DNA from: an archaeon | GTDB taxonomy: Archaea; SpSt-1190; DYHY01 | Length of the DNA: 64,000 bases | NCBI GenBank assembly: GCA_043803745.1 | Contig: JAZDJS010000002.1 | Span: forward strand, 12,235 to 76,234 | Direction of reading: 5' to 3' | Part shown: piece by piece, positions 17,533 through 28,042 of the stretch | Layout of the letters: the number at the start of each line of letters is the position of its first letter | How positions within the stretch are numbered: position 1 is the stretch's first letter | Position numbers and translations under genes: made by a program | Notes under the pieces: generated by a model | Told to the model about the DNA's origin: nothing | Database searches by the model: none | What the model saw: only the letters and a program-made list of their open reading frames with translations

Positions 17533-18759
17533 TTAGGCAGAAAACGCTCGCTTTTCGGGTTTTTCGGAGGTTTTCCCCCTCTTTCCCCTGAATGCGAAGC
17601 TTCCGGCGGTCGAGATTACGTTGGTCGCAAGTATTGTCAGAAAGACCAGCTCCGGGAGATTCGGCATGGAAATGCCGTTCTCCATCGGAAGATATGCGAG
17701 GACTGCCGCGGCAAGGCCCCTCGGCATCATTGAGACGACTGCCGAAGCATTGGCCCAGAGCCGTTTTTCCACAAAGCCGACTACCCTGGTCGCCAGGCCC
17801 CTGGCGGCGATTATTGTCGCAAGTATCGCGCTTCCCATCAGGAGGACGCCGAAGCCGATTGACCTGATGTTGAATATGAGTCCGAGGTAGACGAAGAAGA
17901 ATGTCCTGACGAAGAAGGTCACCTCCGATTGGAACGACTTGAAGTTTTCGCCAAGGCGCAGGTCCGTCTTCATCCCCAGGCGTTTGGTTATGTATTCGAT
18001 GTTCCCGAGTATCAGGCCGAAAACTAGGACGGCTATTGCCCCGCTCCCCCCGCTTGCTTCAACCAGGGGATAGAGGATGAAAAGGGTAGCAATCGTCAGC
18101 ATGTATCCGAACGGCTTTCCGCGCATTTTCCTGAGCAGCAGCATCCACAGGCCGGCGACAATGAGTCCCATCACGCAGGCGACGGCGAAGGCCGCCGCGA
18201 AGGTCTTGAGCGTCGGCCCGAAAGAAACTTCTCCGGAGCCGATTATTTTCAGGACGGTCATTGCGGTGATTATGCACATCGCGTCCGTTAGCGCCGACTT
18301 CAGGCTCAGGACGATCTTGACCCGCTCATCAAGGTTCAGCTTCGGGATTGTCGATATGACTATCGGCGAGCTGGTGCCGCCGACTATCGCGCCGAGGAGG
18401 ATTCCGCCAAGTAGGGTCCAGCCGAACGCGACATGCATCAGGAAGCCGACTCCCGCGACCGTGAGGGAAAAAACCAGCAAAGTGAAAAAGGCCGTCAGGG
18501 GGAACGCCCCGAGGACATTCAGTATTTTCAGGTTCAGCCCGCCGTCGAAGAGGATTATTATGAGAGCAAGGGTTCCCACCAGCGGAGCGAACTTTGCGAT
18601 TGTCGAGCCTTCGGTCGCCTTCATGAAACCGAAAACCGGACCCAGAAGGATTCCCGCGCCCATCAGTATGAGGGTGTCGGGTATCTTGGTTTTCTCGAAA
18701 AAAAGGCTGCTGAGGAAACCGAGGACTATTATCAAGCCTATTGCCAGTAATTCAATCAT
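17533..18759 (-). CDS. Cation:proton antiporter (CPA / Na+/H+ exchanger family), membrane-only form
   Basis: About 11-12 hydrophobic helices over 408 aa. The N-terminus LLAIGLIIVLGFLSSLFFEKTKIPDTLILMGAGILLGP is typical of this family. Confidence 0.7.
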   Translation of the reverse strand: MIELLAIGLIIVLGFLSSLFFEKTKIPDTLILMGAGILLGPVFGFMKATEGSTIAKFAPLVGTLALIIILFDGGLNLKILNVLGAFPLTAFFTLLVFSLTVAGVGFLMHVAFGWTLLGGILLGAIVGGTSSPIVISTIPKLNLDERVKIVLSLKSALTDAMCIITAMTVLKIIGSGEVSFGPTLKTFAAAFAVACVMGLIVAGLWMLLLRKMRGKPFGYMLTIATLFILYPLVEASGGSGAIAVLVFGLILGNIEYITKRLGMKTDLRLGENFKSFQSEVTFFVRTFFFVYLGLIFNIRSIGFGVLLMGSAILATIIAARGLATRVVGFVEKRLWANASAVVSMMPRGLAAAVLAYLPMENGISMPNLPELVFLTILATNVISTAGSFAFRGKRGKTSEKPEKRAFSA

Positions 18760-18873
18760 TTTCCCGAAGCCACTTGTCCCTACTAAAATAGCTTTCTTTT
18801 GGCAGGGATCAGGCGCCCGTAAAGCGGAAAAAAGGCGGGACTGCCGGGTTTCTCCCGGGCGGGAAAAGGCAAG

Positions 18874-18882
18874 ATATTAAAG
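18874..18882 (+). promoter_or_regulatory. TATA-like box (ATATTAAAG) for nhaP-like gene
   Basis: The box starts 32 nt upstream of the ATG at 18906. Confidence 0.45.
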
Positions 18883-18905
18883 AGCCGTCAGGGGTCAGGC
18901 TCCGA

Positions 18906-20465
18906 ATGGCGGAAGCCCTAGTCTCTTTCATCCCAACCCTGCTCGAGCTGCTGATAATAGCCGCCATTGTCTCCGTTTTCACGCAAAAATACGCCAAGCT
19001 ACCTTACACGGTCGCCCTCCTTCTGACGGGGCTGCTGGCTGCCGCAATGGGACTTGTCCCGAGAATCCTGCTGGAAAAGGACCTGCTTTTCGCACTTTTC
19101 CTCCCGCCGCTCATTTTCGAGGCAACCTTGAACACGAGCCTCTCGCATTTCAAGGAGAACTTCCGGCCAATCCTGATATATTCGGTTTTCGGGGTCTTTC
19201 TCTCGTCATTTATTGTCGGCTTTCTGGTTCACAAGATTTTGGGGGTTCCGCTTTTCGCGGCAATGATTTTCGGCTCCCTGATATCGGCGACAGACCCGGT
19301 CGCGGTAATCTCCCTGTTCAAGCAGGTGCGCGTCCCGCAGAGGCTTTCGGTGATAATGGAAGGGGAGAGCATACTGAACGACGGGACATCGATAGTCATC
19401 TTCACCCTCTTCTTGGCGATAATGAAGACCGGGGAATTCAGCTTTCTTGGGTCGGTGTTTTCGTTCTTCAAGGTGACTTTGGGGGGTGTCGCGGTTGGCG
19501 TGGCAATAGGCTATCTTGCCTCGGAGATTTTCAAGAGGACGGACGACCATCTAATCGAAACCGTGCTGTCGGTCATACTTGCATACGGCTCTTTTTTCGT
19601 TGCGGAGACCCTCGGGTTTTCCGGGATTGTCGCGGTCGCCCTAACGGGTCTTTTGGTCGGAAACCCGAAAGGAGAATATCATTTCTCCCCCCAGACGAAG
19701 ACATTCCTCCTGCCTTTCTGGGAATTCCTTGCGTTCATCATAAATTCCCTGATTTTCCTGATAATAGGCGGGAACATAAATTTCTCCCTTTTCGCCGAAA
19801 GGGCCTGGTTGATTCTCGTGACAATCGGGGTCGTCGTTTTGGCGAGAGCCGCCGTAGTATACGGTCTGGGAAACGCCCTGAACACGAGAAAACCAGAGGG
19901 AGCAATCCCATTTTCGTGGCAGCACGTTATTTTCTGGGGAGGCCTTCGCGGGGCAATACCCCTGGCTCTTGTCCTCTCCCTTCCGGACACTTTCGCATTC
20001 AAGGACCTTTTCTTCCATGTCACCCTGGGGGTGGTTTTCTTCACGATAGTTGTCTGTGGGACGACAATCAAGCCACTGATAGATTTCCTCAGGATAGTGA
20101 AAAAATCCGAAATCAGGGAGCGCTACCTGAACGCGATGGCGGTTATTTCCGCCTCCGCAAGGGCGCTGCGCGCGGTAAGGAGAATGAAACTGCGCGGGGA
20201 GCTGCATGAGAAAACCTACAAAAGGGTGAATGCATATATCGAGAAGCGGAATGAGAAAGCCAAGGCGGAGTCGGACAGGTTGATCTCAGGCAACAGGGAG
20301 CTTTTGGATTATGAGGCGCGGCGCGGGATAAAGAAAGCGCTTGTTGAGCTGAAAAGCGGGCTCATGGACGCCAATAGGCAGGGGCTTCTGTCTGAAGGGG
20401 GCCTTGACCAGGAAATCTCCAGAATAGAGACTGAGCTTTCGAAAGCCCCCGGAAAGAAATCCTGA
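18906..20465 (+). CDS. nhaP: NhaP-type Na+(K+)/H+ antiporter (CPA1) with cytoplasmic C-terminal helical domain
   Basis: SLISATDPVAVISLF (the ATDPVAV signature of NhaP/NHE), ESILNDGTSIV and GGLRGAIPLAL are present. The protein is 519 aa with a charged C-terminal ~120 aa. Confidence 0.8.
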   Translation: MAEALVSFIPTLLELLIIAAIVSVFTQKYAKLPYTVALLLTGLLAAAMGLVPRILLEKDLLFALFLPPLIFEATLNTSLSHFKENFRPILIYSVFGVFLSSFIVGFLVHKILGVPLFAAMIFGSLISATDPVAVISLFKQVRVPQRLSVIMEGESILNDGTSIVIFTLFLAIMKTGEFSFLGSVFSFFKVTLGGVAVGVAIGYLASEIFKRTDDHLIETVLSVILAYGSFFVAETLGFSGIVAVALTGLLVGNPKGEYHFSPQTKTFLLPFWEFLAFIINSLIFLIIGGNINFSLFAERAWLILVTIGVVVLARAAVVYGLGNALNTRKPEGAIPFSWQHVIFWGGLRGAIPLALVLSLPDTFAFKDLFFHVTLGVVFFTIVVCGTTIKPLIDFLRIVKKSEIRERYLNAMAVISASARALRAVRRMKLRGELHEKTYKRVNAYIEKRNEKAKAESDRLISGNRELLDYEARRGIKKALVELKSGLMDANRQGLLSEGGLDQEISRIETELSKAPGKKS

Positions 20466-20685
20466 GTATGTGGATTCGTTGGGCGGGGCGAAGGTTTCCT
20501 CAACGGATTTGCGCAGCTTCCTGGGGGAGGCCGTCAGTTCCAGGGAAAATATCCGGGATTTTCAATCCCAAAAAAGTCGGGAGGAAGACAGGAAAGGCGG
20601 AATCTACGTTTTCACTGAAAGGCCCGAAAATGGCTAATAAAGAATTTCATCAGTTTTCCGGATATTCCCGCGTCCTCTGCGTCGT

Positions 20686-21762
20686 TCAAGGCAGCTCGAC
20701 AAGACCCTTGAAAAACGGAATCAATACCTCTTTCAGGGCATACAGTTGCTCGCCGAAAAGAACGACAATGAAGACCGCATATATCCCCATGAGAATCATC
20801 CCCTGCCTCTTTCCGAAAGTTCCCTCGCTGAGGAAATACCAGAAAACTATGTTTGTCAACAGCGAGAACAGGACCAGAGTCGAGAAGAAATGCACGTTTA
20901 TTTTGGTTGGCGAGAGAAGCAGGGAAACCCCGAGGACAAGCGTGAGGTTGGCGACCGTGCTCCCGATGGCATCCCCGAGGGCGATTCCAATCCGGCCCTT
21001 ACTGAGCGCGGTCAATTCCACCGCAAGCTCCGGAACGGACGTCCCGAAGGCAATGACGACAGCGCCCACGACGGACTTGGCTATCCCCAGCGAGGTAGCA
21101 AGACCGCTCCCGGAGCTCACGACAAATCCGGAGCTCACGACAATCCCGATTGTCCCGATTATGAGGTGCAGCAGGGATCGCGCAAGATCCTTCTCCTTTT
21201 GGCCCATTCCGCTGCCACCGAATAGGGCCCTGTCTTCGATGTGAAGCTTGCTTATTTTCGAGGACCTTCCCGAATTTTGCTGGACGATCTCGATCTCATG
21301 CACCTTCTCCTTGCTGCGGATGAGCGTATAGCAGAAGAAAAGGAAAAGCGCGATGAGGAGCGCGCCCGTCACCCGGTTCAGAGAGGGCACGAGCATGAAG
21401 ACCACCAGGGTCGTCGATGTGAGCAGAAGCGCGGCGGAAAGCTTTTTCAGGATGCTTCGGGTCTTCACGACCTTCGGATAAAGATAGAATCCGAGGCCAA
21501 GGACCAGCGCGATGTCAACGATGTTGGAGCCGAAAATGTTGCCTATGGAAAGCCCGATTTTCTCCGAAGTCGAGGAATTGACCGAAACCATCAGTTCCGG
21601 AAGGCTCGTCAGGACCGATATCATGATGAACCCGATGGCAAGCTCGCTCAGCTTGAGGAGTTTCGCCAGGCGGACGCCGCTGTTGACAACCCAGTCCGAG
21701 AACAGGGCAAGGGCGATGAGGGATATTGCCAGCACGAGGGCATTCAAAATTGCCGGATGCAT
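20686..21762 (-). CDS. Ca2+/cation antiporter (CaCA, YrbG / NCX_Mj-like), paralogue 1
   Basis: Two alpha-repeats are present: GNIFGSNIVDIALVLG and GDAIGSTVANLTLVLG. The N-terminal SLPELMVS helix and 10-TM layout also fit. A TATA-like TTTATAT lies about 30 nt upstream on the minus strand. Confidence 0.8.
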   Translation of the reverse strand: MHPAILNALVLAISLIALALFSDWVVNSGVRLAKLLKLSELAIGFIMISVLTSLPELMVSVNSSTSEKIGLSIGNIFGSNIVDIALVLGLGFYLYPKVVKTRSILKKLSAALLLTSTTLVVFMLVPSLNRVTGALLIALFLFFCYTLIRSKEKVHEIEIVQQNSGRSSKISKLHIEDRALFGGSGMGQKEKDLARSLLHLIIGTIGIVVSSGFVVSSGSGLATSLGIAKSVVGAVVIAFGTSVPELAVELTALSKGRIGIALGDAIGSTVANLTLVLGVSLLLSPTKINVHFFSTLVLFSLLTNIVFWYFLSEGTFGKRQGMILMGIYAVFIVVLFGEQLYALKEVLIPFFKGLVELP

Positions 21763-22360
21763 TCCATTGAACCCCTATTTATTCCAATATAAATAAGTTG
21801 CCTGTGCGTGCTCAGGGAGTTTCGGTTTTCTTCGAGACCAGTTCCGCTATCCCGAGGAGCGCCCTGAAAACCCACTCAAGAACGACCAAGACTATCAGGA
21901 AGGCTTCGGTCTTGCCCAATTGCTGATAGAACCCAAGGGCCTTCGGTAGGAAGGTTGCCAGGGTCAGGTTCGAGGGCGCATACAGGAAAGTCGCCAGGAA
22001 TCTGGCCCGGACTCCCTTGAGCGGCGAAAGGGCGTTCTCCCGGAACTGCTTTTCAGCCCTCGCCCGCCGCGGACTTGACCCCGATTTCGGCGTTGAGACC
22101 GGGATTAACATTGAATTTATCCTTGGCAGGCTCGGACAGCTGGCGGAAATCGGCATCGGGAAGATAGACCCGGTTTTCAAGGGAACCCTCGGGCCGAAGG
22201 AAATGAAGCGCCGGGCGGGAAGGATTGCCAATGCAATATTTTCTCGGGCAAGGAAATATGGGCGGGCCGAGGCCGTCCGCAAAGCAAGAGGCCTCCGCCG
22301 GCTTTACTTTGAGAACTTGGCGCGCCTGGAATCGGTTCTGTAGGGAGACTTTGTCAGTGC

Positions 22361-24823
22361 CTATTTTCTTCCAACTTCCCTTACTTCCTCGGAAATTTCC
22401 TTCGGGATGCTCCCTTCCGGGGCACCTCTTCCTTCATCGACTGCAAGGGCGCGGGCCCTCAGAAGGAAAATCCCGGCAATTGCGAGGATGCAGACAAGGA
22501 GACCCGGCACCAGGAACCTTGCGATTTCCTGGAGGAACGGGAATTTCCTTGAGAGCGGAAGCGGCTGGGGGGTTGAGAGCTCTTCGGCAAAATCGTCAAG
22601 AACCGAAAGGTTCACAAAAGCGGGCAGGGAATTCGTGGTTTCTTTCGGAGGGCTTGTCGTCGTTATCCTGGACGGGATGCTTGTGGTTGATGAAGATACC
22701 GGAGCAGTTGATGTGGAGCTTGTTGTTGTTCCCGGAAAAACCCCGCTCCCGCCCCCTCCCGAAACCGAGGTTGTTGTCGGAGGTGAGGTTGTAGTTGTCG
22801 TCGTTGCGGGAGGACAGGTCGGACAATTGGTCCCCCCGCAATCAACACCCTCCTCATCATAATTCTCAACCCCATCTTCGCACTGCTCTTCAAGGGTATA
22901 GTTGCTGAAGAAGGGAACGGTGACGTTGAACTCCTCCGCAGCCTGGTTGAACGACTGGTCCGCGCACCCCCCGCAGTCGGCGCCGTCTCGTTTCACAACC
23001 GGGAACGAAAAATTCGCCCCGAGGAAGGTTATCCTCGCGCTCCGGTTGAACTCCGGGATTGCCGAGCTGTTTATGAAAATCGAGTTGTTTGCGACAATTA
23101 TCAGCCCGGAAAGGTTCCTGCTTTCCGAAAGGTTCAGGGGCTCCGCGAAGACTAGTTTCCCGTGACCGTTTGAGAAAGTTACGTTGCTTATGTTCGCAAG
23201 AACCGAGTTGTTGTACTGGGAGAAGTTCGTTGTGCCGGGACCCCACGCGCTTTCATTCAGCGTTATGTTGACGGGCGGTTCCGCAGGCGGTTCCGTAAGC
23301 GTTGAGAAGCTGAACGTCCCGTTCCTTGCGCAGTTCCCCGAGGAATCGCAGGAGGTTGCGTTGAAGTAGTAGGCGGTTTCCGGGGAAAGCTGGGCGAGTG
23401 AAAGGGTTTGCGAAAGGGAGAAACTTCCGGAAGAGGAAACGTTCCCGAAGGCAATTGTTGTTCCCCAAGCAAGCGTAAGATTGGCGCTTTCATTCGTCTC
23501 AACGGTGATGTTCGCGCTTGAGATTCCCGCAGAGGAATCCGCTGTCAGGATTGCCGGGGGCGTGCTGTCGCCGGCTCCTCCAGCAGTCCTGTTCGAGAGC
23601 GGGATATAGTCGATTACGGAAGAGCTGTTGTAAATCGAATCGCAAATCCCATCTTCCCCCCCGTCAGCGCAGGTGTCGGAAAACCCGTTCCCGTTCGTGC
23701 GCCCCCAGTAGTTCCCGCCGTAGCAGCCCCCTCCGGAAATGCCCGTCCTTGAGCAGTTCTGCGTCGTGTTGAAGCTGTTCGTGCCGTTGCCGTTCGACGC
23801 GGAGGAGCTTGTGTTGAAGAAATTGTTGTAGAACGAGTTCCATCCCGCCGAGCCGTAGAGGACGAACGGATATGTGTAGTTCCAGAACCGGTTGTCCCGG
23901 AAGACGGTGTCCTTGAGCGAAATCGCCGAAATCCCGTAGCTGGTTCCAACCCCGCTCGAGAAATTGTTCCCCTCTATTGTGTTGTTCTGCGCGGAATCGG
24001 AAAAGCTTATCCCGTCCCGCGTCCGGATAATCGAGTTCCCCGAGATATTTGCCGTCCGCATCCCGTAGAGGTTCATTGCCGAGCCGTTCAGGTCCGTGAA
24101 ATTGTTCCCGGTAATGTTCGTCAGGCTGACGACAAGGGAGCTTGAAATTGTTATTCCGGAGCCGAGAATCTGCTCGAAGGTATTCTGGGAGATTGCCGAG
24201 GAGGTGAGTTGGGTGTCAATGTCGATTTCCGGATACCCCGTCGAGCGGTTCCTTGAGAAATAGTTCGAGGAAATCGTGCTGTATCTGACGCTTCCCGTCG
24301 GGAAGCTTATTGCCCGGAGGGTCTGGTTCACGAACCGGTTCCCGCAAATGAAGTAGTAGTATGCGCTCTTGGCGACAATGCCATCCCCGTTCTCGGTGAA
24401 ATTGTTGTAGGTTATGTTCAGGTAGTCGTTGTTCAGGTTGTCAATCCCGTATGTGTTGTTGAAGAACGTGTTGTTCGTGATGTAGTCCTTGTTCGAGAAC
24501 TCCGAGAACGAGGCGTAATAGCCCCACTTGTAATTCCTGATTGTGCAGCCGGTGACCGTTGTGTTCGAAACGCTCTGGAGCGTAACCGCCTTGTAGTTCA
24601 AGGAGGCGTTCTCTCCCTCAATTACCGAGCCGTTGCAGTCAAGGGTTCCTCCAGTGGCATTCAGTATGAAGCGGACCTTCGAATAGGCTCCGGTGCAGAG
24701 GCTGAAACTGCCGCTGACCCCGACCTGGCTGTCGTTTGCGGGCGTTGTGCAAGAGGAAAACGCCGGAAAGATGACAAGCAGCGTGAAAACAAAGACTGCG
24801 GGAAAAATCCGGTTCACGAACAT
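22361..24823 (-). CDS. Secreted right-handed beta-helix (PbH1/NosD-like) surface protein with Cys-rich knot, T/S/P stalk and C-terminal TM anchor
   Basis: Signal peptide MFVNRIFPAVFVFTLLVIFPAFSSC. There are many about 22-aa repeats of the I-x-N-N-x-F / GI type (ITNNTFFNNTYGI, ITYNNFTENGDGI, ISGNSIIRTRDGI, IEGNNFSSGVGTSYGI). The Cys motif is CEDGVENYDEEGVDCGGTNCPTCPP. A TTTTTSPPTTTS stalk and the TM helix LVPGLLVCILAIAGIFLL follow. Confidence 0.8.
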   Translation of the reverse strand: MFVNRIFPAVFVFTLLVIFPAFSSCTTPANDSQVGVSGSFSLCTGAYSKVRFILNATGGTLDCNGSVIEGENASLNYKAVTLQSVSNTTVTGCTIRNYKWGYYASFSEFSNKDYITNNTFFNNTYGIDNLNNDYLNITYNNFTENGDGIVAKSAYYYFICGNRFVNQTLRAISFPTGSVRYSTISSNYFSRNRSTGYPEIDIDTQLTSSAISQNTFEQILGSGITISSSLVVSLTNITGNNFTDLNGSAMNLYGMRTANISGNSIIRTRDGISFSDSAQNNTIEGNNFSSGVGTSYGISAISLKDTVFRDNRFWNYTYPFVLYGSAGWNSFYNNFFNTSSSASNGNGTNSFNTTQNCSRTGISGGGCYGGNYWGRTNGNGFSDTCADGGEDGICDSIYNSSSVIDYIPLSNRTAGGAGDSTPPAILTADSSAGISSANITVETNESANLTLAWGTTIAFGNVSSSGSFSLSQTLSLAQLSPETAYYFNATSCDSSGNCARNGTFSFSTLTEPPAEPPVNITLNESAWGPGTTNFSQYNNSVLANISNVTFSNGHGKLVFAEPLNLSESRNLSGLIIVANNSIFINSSAIPEFNRSARITFLGANFSFPVVKRDGADCGGCADQSFNQAAEEFNVTVPFFSNYTLEEQCEDGVENYDEEGVDCGGTNCPTCPPATTTTTTSPPTTTSVSGGGGSGVFPGTTTSSTSTAPVSSSTTSIPSRITTTSPPKETTNSLPAFVNLSVLDDFAEELSTPQPLPLSRKFPFLQEIARFLVPGLLVCILAIAGIFLLRARALAVDEGRGAPEGSIPKEISEEVREVGRK

Positions 24824-24991
24824 GAATTACCTCTTCCAGTTCTTCAATTGGGTTCTCGGCGATTTTTATATCCTTTCCCCCGTTAGATTGTCCCTTTGGC
24901 GGGAGAGCCGGCAAGCCCGTTTCCCGCCGCAAAATCCGCTAAAAAGCATTTATACTGACTGCAGTGACATTCAAGGGAAGGGTTGGCTAGG

Positions 24992-27900
24992 ATGTCAAAA
25001 GAGGTAAATCTGAAGCGTTTTTTAGGCTCCGCAATATTTTTGTTTGCGTTCGTATTTGCTGCCGGATTCGCGGCAACAACGGTTGATTTGCTCTCTCCGC
25101 CGGACAACAACTGGACCAACCTCGATAACAGCACGACCCCCTTCATCTTTCAGGCGAACGACACTGCCGACATAATTCTCAACTGCTCCCTTACGGTGGC
25201 GGGCGCAAACGTTTCGGCCAACGCTTCCGTTTTCAACGCAACGCCGACAACATTCTATGCGAACTCCTCTTTCGCGCTCGGTGCAAGCCAATGGAACGTT
25301 ACCTGCTACAACACAACCTCGGGAATTTCGGCGGCAAGAACCCTCAATTTCGATTCAATCAATCCGGTCGCGGCTTCGGTCTCTCCCGACAACTATTTCA
25401 ATTCATCATCTCGGAACGTAACTTTCCAGCTCCAGGGCGTTGACAATCTAAACCTAACGGGCCTGACGCTTTATGGCAACTGGTCCTCCGGATGGCACGC
25501 GAACGCAACGAACTCAACCCCGGTAAACGGGACAACTTGGACCGTTAACGTGACGGGGATTCCTGACGGGATTTACACCTGGAGCGCATATGCCGCGGAT
25601 GCCGCGGGCAACTGGAACTTTTCAGCAAACAGGACCCTTGTCGTTGACGCAACAGCGCCGACAGTCACCCTTACCGCACCCGTCAACGCAACGAACTCCT
25701 CAATCCCCGCAGTCCAGATAAACTATACAGTTTCCGACGCAATCGATTCCGCCGGCGTCTGGTGCAAGCCGTTCATCCTCAACGGAAGCACCTGGACGAA
25801 CCTCTCATATTTCCCGGCAAACACGGTGAACTACACGGTCGCAGGGGATGACGGGACATATCTCTGGAACTACCAGTGCCAGGACAGCGCGGGAAACGCC
25901 GCCTTTGCAACTGCCAACAGGTCGTTCACAATTGATACCGCGTTTCCAGGAATTGCAGTTGTTTCTCCCGCAATCGGAGAGAACCTGACAGTTTCGGCAA
26001 TGGCTTTCAACGTCTCGGTTTCCGACATCTCGACTTCCTTGGTCTGGTATTCCCTCCTTAACGCAACAAGCGACGTCATAGTCCAGAACACCACAATGAC
26101 CGGAGGGCCCGTTTATTACACGGCAAGCCTTCCGAGCAATTTCTCCCTTTACCCGCCCGGAATGTACCAGATAATAGCTTATGCGAACGATTCGGTCGGA
26201 CACGCGAACGCAACGGGAATACTCCCATTCGGACTTGCAGCCGTCAACGCAACCCAGATTGAAGGAATGGTAAGCAACGCAATCTTCACCGCGAACTTCA
26301 CCAACACCAACGGAACCGAGTTTTCCGGGGACATCCAAGAGGACACCGAATACAACCTTGTCTTCAACGTAACGGGGTCCGGAATAGTGATAACCCTCGG
26401 AAACTTCAGCGCAGCCGACTATGGGCAGGCAAGCGAGCTTAACGCAACGGCGCAGGTCGACGTTACCGGCCTTGAGAGCGCTCTGGGAATCGACTTTTAC
26501 TCCTTCGGCTGGCTTGATATCGGCGATTTTGTCTCTTCAGACTATTACGACTATGGGAAAATTCAGATAAACTCGACAGCCGACCTTGCATACTATCTCG
26601 GCGGGAGCAAGGATGACCCGACATCAACCCTTGCCTCGGCATGCAATGCAACGTTCAGCAACTACCCCTGCTACAACGTTTCCGGCTCTGCAACCACGAT
26701 ATATGTCAGCGCGTTCTCCGGAGGCGGCGTTGGGAACGACACAACCGCGCCTTCAGTCAGCCTGACAACTCCCGCAGGTTCCGCGCATATCCGGGGCACC
26801 TACGACTTGACTGGGACGTACACGGACGGCATCGGTGTAACCAACGTCACATACTACTACACCAGCTTTTCAAACCTTATCGGATACAGCACAACCTCCC
26901 CGCACACAGTTTCCTGGAACACTGCCTTGGTTTCCGACGGGACATATACGATAATCGTGAACGCGACCGATGCGAAAGGCAACAAGAACAGCACCAACGC
27001 GACCGGAGTTGTCATCGACAACACGGCTCCGACAGTGACCGCCTTCTCCCTCTCGACAACCTCGGCATATTCCGGGAACACAATAACCGCAACCTGCACG
27101 GGCTCCGATGCTTCCGGGACCGTCGCAACAACTGTCGGGAACCTTGACTATTCAACCGTCGGGACCCGCCAGGCAAGCTGCACAATAACCGACCAGGCCG
27201 GAAACACAGCCGTTTCCTACCTTTCCTACACAATACTTGCAAGCTCATCCTCGTCGGCAATAGCTTCCGGAACATACAGGATTTCCGAAAACATTCCGGA
27301 GGGAACTGTCTCAATAGTAATCGACCGGGTTATCAAGGGGCAGCTTGCGAAGTTCGCGGTTATCCCGGATGCCTTGAGGTTCGACGTTACCGCAATAGAA
27401 CTTGAGACTCTTAGGGATCTTGTCGGGGTTAAGATAAACATTCGGGGAGCTTCCGCTCCATCTTTGCCGCTCCCGAACGGTTCGGGAAAAGTGAGAGCCT
27501 ACCTTGAAATCTCCCGGGTGAATTTCGAGGATTCCGCGGTCGGGTTCGCGAGGATAAGGTTCAGCGTCCCGAAGGAATGGGTTGCTGCGAACTTAGTGGA
27601 TCCGGCGAAAATCTTCCTCTACCGGCTTGAGGGAAACTCCTGGAATAAGCTTTCGACAAGCCTCCTCAGCCAGGATTCGCAGGAATACGTTTTCGAGGCG
27701 CAGACTCCCGGGTTCTCGACTTTCGCAATAGCCGGCGCGGTGAACGCGCCTGAGACGGCGGCGCCAGCTCCTGGAGAAACCCCGGAAAACCAGCCGCCCC
27801 AGCAAGAGGGAGCGACGACTACAGTGGAAACAACAACGACAAGTTCGTCGATGCAGGCAGCAGGAATTCCAGCCAATGCTTCTGCGGGAAAGCCCGCCTA

Positions 27901-28042
27901 TATTGGAATTGTCGCAATCCTGCTGGTCGTTGCGCTTGTTGCCGGAGGGGCATACTATTATTTCGTCATCCTCGGCAAGGAAGGTAAGCCCAAATACCGT
28001 TTCAAGGGCAAGCACAGGAAAGAGGAAGGGGAAGGGCTCTAG
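24992..28042 (+). CDS. S-layer-like, heavily sequon-decorated surface protein with Ig-like repeats, PGF-pre-PGF domain and C-terminal TM anchor
   Basis: ATG at 24992 (MSKEVNLKRFLGSAIFLFAFVFAAGFA); the track start at 24983 is a TTG. N-x-S/T sequons are very dense. Repeated D-x-T-AP-x-V modules occur (VVDATAPTVTLTAP, GNDTTAPSVSLTTP, IDNTAPTVTAF). The PGF-pre-PGF-like block is ...IRFSVPKEWVAANLVDPAKIFLYRLEGNSWNKLSTSLL...AQTPGFSTFAIAG. The TM helix is IGIVAILLVVALVAGGAYYYFVI, followed by a basic tail. Confidence 0.8.
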   Translation: MSKEVNLKRFLGSAIFLFAFVFAAGFAATTVDLLSPPDNNWTNLDNSTTPFIFQANDTADIILNCSLTVAGANVSANASVFNATPTTFYANSSFALGASQWNVTCYNTTSGISAARTLNFDSINPVAASVSPDNYFNSSSRNVTFQLQGVDNLNLTGLTLYGNWSSGWHANATNSTPVNGTTWTVNVTGIPDGIYTWSAYAADAAGNWNFSANRTLVVDATAPTVTLTAPVNATNSSIPAVQINYTVSDAIDSAGVWCKPFILNGSTWTNLSYFPANTVNYTVAGDDGTYLWNYQCQDSAGNAAFATANRSFTIDTAFPGIAVVSPAIGENLTVSAMAFNVSVSDISTSLVWYSLLNATSDVIVQNTTMTGGPVYYTASLPSNFSLYPPGMYQIIAYANDSVGHANATGILPFGLAAVNATQIEGMVSNAIFTANFTNTNGTEFSGDIQEDTEYNLVFNVTGSGIVITLGNFSAADYGQASELNATAQVDVTGLESALGIDFYSFGWLDIGDFVSSDYYDYGKIQINSTADLAYYLGGSKDDPTSTLASACNATFSNYPCYNVSGSATTIYVSAFSGGGVGNDTTAPSVSLTTPAGSAHIRGTYDLTGTYTDGIGVTNVTYYYTSFSNLIGYSTTSPHTVSWNTALVSDGTYTIIVNATDAKGNKNSTNATGVVIDNTAPTVTAFSLSTTSAYSGNTITATCTGSDASGTVATTVGNLDYSTVGTRQASCTITDQAGNTAVSYLSYTILASSSSSAIASGTYRISENIPEGTVSIVIDRVIKGQLAKFAVIPDALRFDVTAIELETLRDLVGVKINIRGASAPSLPLPNGSGKVRAYLEISRVNFEDSAVGFARIRFSVPKEWVAANLVDPAKIFLYRLEGNSWNKLSTSLLSQDSQEYVFEAQTPGFSTFAIAGAVNAPETAAPAPGETPENQPPQQEGATTTVETTTTSSSMQAAGIPANASAGKPAYIGIVAILLVVALVAGGAYYYFVILGKEGKPKYRFKGKHRKEEGEGL

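Noticed and set aside
18077-21244. Long ORFs antisense to the transporter genes (18077..18880, 20468..21244, 19641..20207 and others)
   Set aside because: They are R/P/S-rich translations with no motifs. They are typical shadow frames opposite GC-rich membrane-protein genes.
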